Below, in pieces: positions 45,001-57,000 of a stretch of 64,000 nt of DNA. The stretch is from NCBI GenBank assembly GCA_002245135.1, contig NGBS01000894.1, positions 62,001-126,000 of the forward strand. Direction: 5' to 3'. This stretch comes from Proteromonas lacertae. Its lineage: Eukaryota. Both the position numbers and the translations under genes were made by a program. Under the pieces are notes generated by a model. That model was not told the origin of the DNA. It saw nothing but the letters and a program-made list of their open reading frames with translations, and searched no databases. Position 1 is the stretch's first letter. Every line of letters begins with the position of its first letter.

Positions 45001-48000
45001 GTAGTAGTGGTTCAATATCCTTAAATGGTAGTACAATATTAATAAGAATGGGTTCAAGTGGAAGTACATCTGGAACAATAACAATCGATAGTAAAGATGA
45101 ATTAAAAGTTGAGTCTAATGGAAATAAGATATCATTACAAAGTGGAAGTGGAAGTACAGGTGGTTTAATAAAATTAAATGGAAATAATGGAATAATAAAA
45201 CTAGACAGTTCAACAATAACAATTGAAAGTGGAAGTGGTACAACTAGAAGTGGTTCAATATTCTTAAAAGCTGATTTTATAAGTGGAATTACCAAAATTG
45301 AATCAGGAAATGGAAATGAATCTGGTAGTATAAACATAAAAGAAATACAAATTGATGGTTCAACAATTGTTAAAACAGGAAATGGTGGTTCTATTAGTGG
45401 ATCTATAAATGTTAAAATTGGTGAAACTATAAGTATTGGTACAGTAAATGTGATAAATAATGGAAAAAGTATGTATAGTAATGGTATTAGTGCTAGGACA
45501 TTGACACTTGATAGTGGTACTAATAATATAATAACTGGAGGTACAATTAGTTTAAGTTCAACTGCGGTTGATATTTATAGTAATATAAAGTCAAAAGATG
45601 CTGTAGTTGATTCAGATAATATAATTATTAATTCCACATCTCCTGATAATTCTATTAATGTTATTGGAAGTGGTTTAGTTAATTTTAGTTCAGGAAGTAT
45701 TAATATTTATGGAAATATGAAGATTGATACAAATGCACTTACTGTTGGAACTATATTTGTTACAGGAGGTACTATTTCATTAGAAGCAAAGACACAAATG
45801 ATATTGAATGATTTAACAATAACATCCTCTACATTAACCATTGATTCTAGCTCAGTAGGTTCAATTGGAATGAATAAGTTAGATATATCGAGTGAGACAA
45901 TAAGTATAACAGGAAAAGCTTCAAATATATTTACATCTAAAATAACATCAAGTACAATCTCATTAAATTCAGATTACATTAATGTTGATTCTTCAATAAA
46001 GATAGAAGGTTCATCTAGTTTCGCAACTGATTATTCAACAAGTGGATCTATTAGTCTCTCCTATGGTAAGATTGGTTTATCGTCTGGTACTTTAACAATG
46101 AGTGGTAATAATGATAAAATAACTGGAACCACTTTAATCCTTAATTGGTACAACATCAATAGTTACTGCATCTACTATTAGTATATCTGCATCACAATTG
46201 GAATTATCAACTGGATCATTATCTGTAACTCAAGGTACATTTGAATTAAAAGAAACATCAACAATCACATCACCTTCATTATCAATAACTTCATCGACTG
46301 TAACTATTGATGATTTGAAGTCTATGTCAGTTACTACAGGAACAATAACATCCGATATAATTCAAATCACTTCAAGTGATATTAAATTGAATGGTTTAGT
46401 TTTATCTAGTGGAACAATTGTCATGAATGAAAAAATAGCAATCAATTCTTCTGATGATATTCAGATTTCATCAGGTAGTATATCATTACCTGGTACTGTT
46501 ACATTTTCTGCTGGTTCAGGAACAATAGGAGGATCAATATTAATAACTGGATTAGAAAATAGTATTTCTACAACTTCAACTACATCATTAAAGTCATTGA
46601 AATTATCAACATTAGACTCAAGAAATTCAGGAGATGTAAAATTTTCTAGTAAAACATTAAAAATGATTAGTAATTCTAATGAAGGTCCAGAAGGTGTAAG
46701 AATTACTTCAGGTGATGGTGAAGAGAATAGTGGAAAATTAGAATTAGGACATGAAGAAAGTATTACTGAATTGAAAGGAGGAGAAAGTAAAAAAGGTAAA
46801 GGAGGAAATACTATATTAGGAGGTGGTGAAGGAAAACAAGGTGGTGATATAATTGTACAATCTGATAGACCAGTAAATATAACTTCAATAGATGGAAATG
46901 TTGAAATTAAGAATAACTTTGATAATAGCCTAATATCTATAAAGAATATAAATAATGGTTCAATTAATTTCTCTAGTAAGAATTCAATAGAAATTTCAAA
47001 TGAAAATAATGATAGTACTATACTTGTTTCATCTACATCATTCAATTTCTTATCAAATGAGACAATATTGAATGGTAGTATAAGTATTGAAAGTGGTAAA
47101 GGTGTAAACAGTGGAAATATAATAATCGAAGGAATGGTAGATAAGAATACAAATAAAGAAGGTAGTTCAATAATATTAGAAAGTAATAAAGTGAATGGTT
47201 CTATTGAAATATCTAGTGGAAGTGGTTTAAAATCCAATGGTTCAATAATCTTTGAAAGTGGTTCAAACGATAACAAAGTCGGTGAAATATCAATAAACAG
47301 TGATAAGATGGAGATAGGTAAAGAATTGAAATTGGAAAGTGGTAAAGGTTTAATAAATGGCAATATAAATATTGAAAGTAAGATATTTGAATTAAATAAT
47401 AAAGAAAAATCTATGAAGATAGAAAATATGAATGGTAGTTTATTATTGAACAGTAGTAAATTAATATTAAATAATGATGAAATAATATTAGGCAACAAAG
47501 ATTTAGAGAGACTGGAAATCTCCTCTTCGAAAGAAAATATCGAAATGTCTAGTATAAATGGTAAGAAATCGATAAGAATCAATTCTACAAGTGAAGGTAA
47601 AATCAATGAAATAAAGATCGAAAATTCGGAGACAATAATCGATAGTGAAAAATTCGAGATAAATGGAAAAGAAAACAGTTCAATAATAATAGGAAACAAG
47701 AATTCTGAGACAAATCTATTTGGTTCAAAGATCTCAATAGAAAGTAATAATAAATTAGAGATATCAAATAATAACGATGAAAAATTAAAATTGAATGGAA
47801 ATAAGATATTAATAGGAAATGAAAATGAATCTAATATGAGTGAAACTAAAGTAGGTTCAATCTATTTCTTATCAAATGAGACAATATTGAATGGTAGTAT
47901 AAGTATTGAAAGTGGTAAAGGTGTAAACAGTGGAAATATAATAATCGAAGGAATGGTAGATAAGAATACAAATAAAGAAGGTAGTTCAATAATATTAGAA

Positions 48001-51000
48001 AGTAATAAAGTGAATGGTTCTATTGAAATATCTAGTGGAAGTGGTTTAAAATCCAATGGTTCAATAATCTTTGAAAGTGGTTCAAACGATAACAAAGTCG
48101 GTGAAATATTTATAAATAATGAGAATATAAAATTTAATAATGTAGTAAAGTTTGAAGATAATGAAAATGGTAAAATCATAATTAAGAATGATATTGTGAA
48201 GTTACATTCAAATAATCAAATAAAGATTGAATCAAAAAGTTCAAATATAGAATCTGCTGCAATTAATGTTAAATCTGCTAATACTATTATTGAATCAGAG
48301 TCTGCACATGCAAAATCAAAATCCACAGATATTCAATCAAACATATTAAGATTTGAAAATCAAAATTCAATTAAAATATCTACAAACAAAAATGGTTCAA
48401 TCAAAATGAATAGTGTATCTAGTTCGATCGAAATGAATGAAATAACAATTAGAGCATACGATGAATCTAATACTAAAGCTGATAAAATGAGAATTGAAAG
48501 TAGCTCAATCCATATCTTATCAAATGAGACAATATTGAATGGTAGTATAAGTATTGAAAGTGGTAAAGGTGTAAACAGTGGAAATATAATAATCGAAGGA
48601 ATGGTAGATAAGAATACAAATAAAGAAGGTAGTTCAATAATATTAGAAAGTAATAAAGTGAATGGTTCTATTGAAATATCTAGTGGAAGTGGTTTAAAAT
48701 CCAATGGTTCAATAATCTTTGAAAGTGGTTCAAACGATAACAAAGTCGGTGAAATATCAATAAACAGTGATAAGATGGAGATAGGTAAAGAATTGAAATT
48801 GGAAAGTGGTAAAGGTTTAATAAATGGCAATATAAATATTGAAAGTAAGATATTTGAATTAAATAATAAAGAAAAATCTATGAAGATAGAAAATATGAAT
48901 GGTAGTTTATTATTGAACAGTAGTAAATTAATATTAAATAATGATGAAATAATATTAGGCAACAAAGATTTAGAGAGACTGGAAATCTCCTCTTCGAAAG
49001 AAAATATCGAAATGTCTAGTATAAATGGTAAGAAATCGATAAGAATCAATTCTACAAGTGAAGGTAAAATCAATGAAATAAAGATCGAAAATTCGGAGAC
49101 AATAATCGATAGTGAAAAATTCGAGATAAATGGAAAAGAAAACAGTTCAATAATAATAGGAAACAAGAATTCTGAGACAAATCTATTTGGTTCAAAGATC
49201 TCAATAGAAAGTAATAATAAATTAGAGATATCAAATAATAACGATGAAAAATTAAAATTGAATGGAAATAAGATATTAATAGGAAATGAAAATGAATCTA
49301 ATATGAGTGAAACTAAAGTAGGTTCAATCTATTTCTTATCAAATGAGACAATATTGAATGGTAGTATAAGTATTGAAAGTGGTAAAGGTGTAAACAGTGG
49401 AAATATAATAATCGAAGGAATGGTAGATAAGAATACAAATAAAGAAGGTAGTTCAATAATATTAGAAAGTAATAAAGTGAATGGTTCTATTGAAATATCT
49501 AGTGGAAGTGGTTTAAAATCCAATGGTTCAATAATCTTTGATAGTGAAGTAAATGAGTTTAACTCAGAAATGGTTATAATAAAATCTCAAGAGATGAAAT
49601 CCAAACCTACTGGTAAAGCCAGTATTAATAGTAATAAGTTAACAATGACTATAAAAGATGATATTAAAATTAATAGTGATTCAATATCTATAAAATCTGT
49701 AAAACCAGCAGAAGTAAGATCTAAATTGACGAAACTACAAGGTGGATCATCATCAGAAAAAGGAGGTTCTATAATGGTATCTGAAATTTTATTAAATAAT
49801 ACTGAAAATTCAATTCATTTTACCGATTCTAATCGTTCTGTTGATCATGGAAGTGGTATAGAGCTGAAAATAAACGAAATTTTAAGTGATAATATAACCT
49901 TATCAAGCGGTGATGGTAATAATGAAAGTGGTGATGTATATATTCACAGTGAAAAGAAGTTGATATTAAATAATAATGACATAAAATTGAACAGTGGTAA
50001 TGGAAATAAGAATAGTGGTTCAATAAAGTTGAATAGTAGTTCATTGTTGCTAACTGTAAATGAAACAGTATTAAAGAGTGGTAATAGTGAAAAAGAAAGT
50101 GGTAATATCGAAATTAATAGTAAAGAATTGGTAAAAATGAATAGTGAAGATATAAATATATCATTAGGAAAGAATAATAAATTAAAAGAAGATAGTTCAA
50201 TAATAATATCTGGTGGAAATAATAATTCAAGTGAAAACAATGTTGGATCAATCCATATCTTATCAAATGAGACAATATTGAATGGTAGTATAAGTATTGA
50301 AAGTGGTAAAGGTGTAAACAGTGGAAATATAATAATCGAAGGAATGGTAGATAAGAATACAAATAAAGAAGGTAGTTCAATAATATTAGAAAGTAATAAA
50401 GTGAATGGTTCTATTGAAATATCTAGTGGAAGTGGTTTAAAATCCAATGGTTCAATAATCTTTGAAAGTGGTTCAAACGATAACAAAGTCGGTGAAATAT
50501 CAATAAACAGTGATAAGATGGAGATAGGTAAAGAATTGAAATTGGAAAGTGGTAAAGGTTTAATAAATGGCAATATAAATATTGAAAGTAAGATATTTGA
50601 ATTAAATAATAAAGAAAAATCTATGAAGATAGAAAATATGAATGGTAGTTTATTATTGAACAGTAGTAAATTAATATTAAATAATGATGAAATAATATTA
50701 GGCAACAAAGATTTAGAGAGACTGGAAATCTCCTCTTCGAAAGAAAATATCGAAATGTCTAGTATAAATGGTAAGAAATCGATAAGAATCAATTCTACAA
50801 GTGAAGGTAAAATCAATGAAATAAAGATCGAAAATTCGGAGACAATAATCGATAGTGAAAAATTCGAGATAAATGGAAAAGAAAACAGTTCAATAATAAT
50901 AGGAAACAAGAATTCTGAGACAAATCTATTTGGTTCAAAGATCTCGATAGAAAGTGATGAAATAATAATGAAGAGTGAAAAGTCGTCTGGAATAATAATG

Positions 51001-54000
51001 TCCGATATAAATGGTACAATCTCCCTAAATAGTATAAAAGAAAATATGAATAATTCAATAATAATGGAAAGTATGTCAAAAGGAGAAATCGAATTATCTA
51101 GTGAAAAATCAATCGAAATTTCAAGTGATAAGAAAGATAGTTCAATAATAATATCTGGTGGAAATAATAATTCAAGTGAAAACAATGTTGGATCAATCCA
51201 TATCTTATCAAATGAGACAATATTGAATGGTAGTATAAGTATTGAAAGTGGTAAAGGTGTAAACAGTGGAAATATAATAATCGAAGGAATGGTAGATAAG
51301 AATACAAATAAAGAAGGTAGTTCAATAATATTAGAAAGTAATAAAGTGAATGGTTCTATTGAAATATCTAGTGGAAGTGGTTTAAAATCCAATGGTTCAA
51401 TAATCTTTGAAAGTGGTTCAAACGATAACAAAGTCGGTGAAATATCAATAAACAGTGATAAGATGGAGATAGGTAAAGAATTGAAATTGGAAAGTGGTAA
51501 AGGTTTAATAAATGGCAATATAAATATTGAAAGTAAGATATTTGAATTAAATAATAAAGAAAAATCTATGAAGATAGAAAATATGAATGGTAGTTTATTA
51601 TTGAACAGTAGTAAATTAATATTAAATAATGATGAAATAATATTAGGCAACAAAGATTTAGAGAGACTGGAAATCTCCTCTTCGAAAGAAAATATCGAAA
51701 TGTCTAGTATAAATGGTAAGAAATCGATAAGAATCAATTCTACAAGTGAAGGTAAAATCAATGAAATAAAGATCGAAAATTCGGAGACAATAATCGATAG
51801 TGAAAAATTCGAGATAAATGGAAAAGAAAACAGTTCAATAATAATAGGAAACAAGAATTCTGAGACAAATCTATTTGGTTCAAAGATCTCAATAGAAAGT
51901 AATAATAAATTAGAGATATCAAATAATAACGATGAAAAATTAAAATTGAATGGAAATAAGATATTAATAGGAAATGAAAATGAATCTAATATGAGTGAAA
52001 CTAAAGTAGGTTCAATCTATTTCTTATCAAATGAGACAATATTGAATGGTAGTATAAGTATTGAAAGTGGTAAAGGTGTAAACAGTGGAAATATAATAAT
52101 CGAAGGAATGGTAGATAAGAATACAAATAAAGAAGGTAGTTCAATAATATTAGAAAGTAATAAAGTGAATGGTTCTATTGAAATATCTAGTGGAAGTGGT
52201 TTAAAATCCAATGGTTCAATAATCTTTGAAAGTGGTTCAAACGATAACAAAGTCGGTGAAATATTTATAAATAATGAGAATATAAAATTTAATAATGTAG
52301 TAAAGTTTGAAGATAATGAAAATGGTAAAATCATAATTAAGAATGATATTGTGAAGTTACATTCAAATAATCAAATAAAGATTGAATCAAAAAGTTCAAA
52401 TATAGAATCTGCTGCAATTAATGTTAAATCTGCTAATACTATTATTGAATCAGAGTCTGCACATGCAAAATCAAAATCCACAGATATTCAATCAAACATA
52501 TTAAGATTTGAAAATCAAAATTCAATTAAAATATCTACAAACAAAAATGGTTCAATCAAAATGAATAGTGTATCTAGTTCGATCGAAATGAATGAAATAA
52601 CAATTAGAGCATACGATGAATCTAATACTAAAGCTGATAAAATGAGAATTGAAAGTAGCTCAATCCATATCTTATCAAATGAGACAATATTGAATGGTAG
52701 TATAAGTATTGAAAGTGGTAAAGGTGTAAACAGTGGAAATATAATAATCGAAGGAATGGTAGATAAGAATACAAATAAAGAAGGTAGTTCAATAATATTA
52801 GAAAGTAATAAAGTGAATGGTTCTATTGAAATATCTAGTGGAAGTGGTTTAAAATCCAATGGTTCAATAATCTTTGAAAGTGGTTCAAACGATAACAAAG
52901 TCGGTGAAATATCAATAAACAGTGATAAGATGGAGATAGGTAAAGAATTGAAATTGGAAAGTGGTAAAGGTTTAATAAATGGCAATATAAATATTGAAAG
53001 TAAGATATTTGAATTAAATAATAAAGAAAAATCTATGAAGATAGAAAATATGAATGGTAGTTTATTATTGAACAGTAGTAAATTAATATTAAATAATGAT
53101 GAAATAATATTAGGCAACAAAGATTTAGAGAGACTGGAAATCTCCTCTTCGAAAGAAAATATCGAAATGTCTAGTATAAATGGTAAGAAATCGATAAGAA
53201 TCAATTCTACAAGTGAAGGTAAAATCAATGAAATAAAGATCGAAAATTCGGAGACAATAATCGATAGTGAAAAATTCGAGATAAATGGAAAAGAAAACAG
53301 TTCAATAATAATAGGAAACAAGAATTCTGAGACAAATCTATTTGGTTCAAAGATCTCAATAGAAAGTAATAATAAATTAGAGATATCAAATAATAACGAT
53401 GAAAAATTAAAATTGAATGGAAATAAGATATTAATAGGAAATGAAAATGAATCTAATATGAGTGAAACTAAAGTAGGTTCAATCTATTTCTTATCAAATG
53501 AGACAATATTGAATGGTAGTATAAGTATTGAAAGTGGTAAAGGTGTAAACAGTGGAAATATAATAATCGAAGGAATGGTAGATAAGAATACAAATAAAGA
53601 AGGTAGTTCAATAATATTAGAAAGTAATAAAGTGAATGGTTCTATTGAAATATCTAGTGGAAGTGGTTTAAAATCCAATGGTTCAATAATCTTTGATAGT
53701 GAAGTAAATGAGTTTAACTCAGAAATGGTTATAATAAAATCTCAAGAGATGAAATCCAAACCTACTGGTAAAGCCAGTATTAATAGTAATAAGTTAACAA
53801 TGACTATAAAAGATGATATTAAAATTAATAGTGATTCAATATCTATAAAATCTGTAAAACCAGCAGAAGTAAGATCTAAATTGACGAAACTACAAGGTGG
53901 ATCATCATCAGAAAAAGGAGGTTCTATAATGGTATCTGAAATTTTATTAAATAATACTGAAAATTCAATTCATTTTACCGATTCTAATCGTTCTGTTGAT

Positions 54001-57000
54001 CATGGAAGTGGTATAGAGCTGAAAATAAACGAAATTTTAAGTGATAATATAACCTTATCAAGCGGTGATGGTAATAATGAAAGTGGTGATGTATATATTC
54101 ACAGTGAAAAGAAGTTGATATTAAATAATAATGACATAAAATTGAACAGTGGTAATGGAAATAAGAATAGTGGTTCAATAAAGTTGAATAGTAGTTCATT
54201 GTTGCTAACTGTAAATGAAACAGTATTAAAGAGTGGTAATAGTGAAAAAGAAAGTGGTAATATCGAAATTAATAGTAAAGAATTGGTAAAAATGAATAGT
54301 GAAGATATAAATATATCATTAGGAAAGAATAATAAATTAAAAGAAGATAGTTCAATAATAATATCTGGTGGAAATAATAATTCAAGTGAAAACAATGTTG
54401 GATCAATCCATATCTTATCAAATGAGACAATATTGAATGGTAGTATAAGTATTGAAAGTGGTAAAGGTGTAAACAGTGGAAATATAATAATCGAAGGAAT
54501 GGTAGATAAGAATACAAATAAAGAAGGTAGTTCAATAATATTAGAAAGTAATAAAGTGAATGGTTCTATTGAAATATCTAGTGGAAGTGGTTTAAAATCC
54601 AATGGTTCAATAATCTTTGAAAGTGGTTCAAACGATAACAAAGTCGGTGAAATATCAATAAACAGTGATAAGATGGAGATAGGTAAAGAATTGAAATTGG
54701 AAAGTGGTAAAGGTTTAATAAATGGCAATATAAATATTGAAAGTAAGATATTTGAATTAAATAATAAAGAAAAATCTATGAAGATAGAAAATATGAATGG
54801 TAGTTTATTATTGAACAGTAGTAAATTAATATTAAATAATGATGAAATAATATTAGGCAACAAAGATTTAGAGAGACTGGAAATCTCCTCTTCGAAAGAA
54901 AATATCGAAATGTCTAGTATAAATGGTAAGAAATCGATAAGAATCAATTCTACAAGTGAAGGTAAAATCAATGAAATAAAGATCGAAAATTCGGAGACAA
55001 TAATCGATAGTGAAAAATTCGAGATAAATGGAAAAGAAAACAGTTCAATAATAATAGGAAACAAGAATTCTGAGACAAATCTATTTGGTTCAAAGATCTC
55101 GATAGAAAGTGATGAAATAATAATGAAGAGTGAAAAGTCGTCTGGAATAATAATGTCCGATATAAATGGTACAATCTCCCTAAATAGTATAAAAGAAAAT
55201 ATGAATAATTCAATAATAATGGAAAGTATGTCAAAAGGAGAAATCGAATTATCTAGTGAAAAATCAATCGAAATTTCAAGTGATAAGAAAGATAGTTCAA
55301 TAATAATATCTGGTGGAAATAATAATTCAAGTGAAAACAATGTTGGATCAATCCATATCTTATCAAATGAGACAATATTGAATGGTAGTATAAGTATTGA
55401 AAGTGGTAAAGGTGTAAACAGTGGAAATATAATAATCGAAGGAATGGTAGATAAGAATACAAATAAAGAAGGTAGTTCAATAATATTAGAAAGTAATAAA
55501 GTGAATGGTTCTATTGAAATATCTAGTGGAAGTGGTTTAAAATCCAATGGTTCAATAATCTTTGAAAGTGGTTCAAACGATAACAAAGTCGGTGAAATAT
55601 CAATAAACAGTGATAAGATGGAGATAGGTAAAGAATTGAAATTGGAAAGTGGTAAAGGTTTAATAAATGGCAATATAAATATTGAAAGTAAGATATTTGA
55701 ATTAAATAATAAAGAAAAATCTATGAAGATAGAAAATATGAATGGTAGTTTATTATTGAACAGTAGTAAATTAATATTAAATAATGATGAAATAATATTA
55801 GGCAACAAAGATTTAGAGAGACTGGAAATCTCCTCTTCGAAAGAAAATATCGAAATGTCTAGTATAAATGGTAAGAAATCGATAAGAATCAATTCTACAA
55901 GTGAAGGTAAAATCAATGAAATAAAGATCGAAAATTCGGAGACAATAATCGATAGTGAAAAATTCGAGATAAATGGAAAAGAAAACAGTTCAATAATAAT
56001 AGGAAACAAGAATTCTGAGACAAATCTATTTGGTTCAAAGATCTCAATAGAAAGTAATAATAAATTAGAGATATCAAATAATAACGATGAAAATTAAATG
56101 TGAAAAAGTCGTCTGGAATAATAATGTCCGATATAAATGGTACAATCTCCCTAAATAGTATAAAAGAAAATATGAATAATTCAATAATAATGGAAAGTAT
56201 GTCAAAAGGAGAAATCGAATTATCTAGTGAAAAATCAATCGAAATTTCAAGTGATAAGAAAGATAGTTCAATAATAATATCTGGTGGAAATAATAATTCA
56301 AGTGAAAACAAATGTTGGATCAATCTATTTCTTATCAAATGAGACAATATTGAATGGTAGTATAAGTATTGAAAGTGGTAAAGGTGTAAACAGTGGAAAT
56401 ATAATAATCGAAGGAATGGTAGATAAGAATACAAATAAAGAAGGTAGTTCAATAATATTAGAAAGTAATAAAGTGAATGGTTCTATTGAAATATCTAGTG
56501 GAAGTGGTTTAAAATCCAATGGTTCAATAATCTTTGAAAGTGGTTCAAACGATAACAAAGTCGGTGAAATATCAATAAACAGTGATAAGATGGAGATAGG
56601 TAAAGAATTGAAATTGGAAAGTGGTAAAGGTTTAATAAATGGCAATATAAATATTGAAAGTAAGATATTTGAATTAAATAATAAAGAAAAATCTATGAAG
56701 ATAGAAAATATGAATGGTAGTTTATTATTGAACAGTAGTAAATTAATATTAAATAATGATGAAATAATATTAGGCAACAAAGATTTAGAGAGACTGGAAA
56801 TCTCCTCTTCGAAAGAAAATATCGAAATGTCTAGTATAAATGGTAAGAAATCGATAAGAATCAATTCTACAAGTGAAGGTAAAATCAATGAAATAAAGAT
56901 CGAAAATTCGGAGACAATAATCGATAGTGAAAAATTCGAGATAAATGGAAAAGAAAACAGTTCAATAATAATAGGAAACAAGAATTCTGAGACAAATCTA

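Noticed and set aside
46140..46150. Programmed ribosomal frameshift
   Set aside because: There is no slippery heptamer or evident structure, and it shows the same +1 pattern as demonstrable errors elsewhere.
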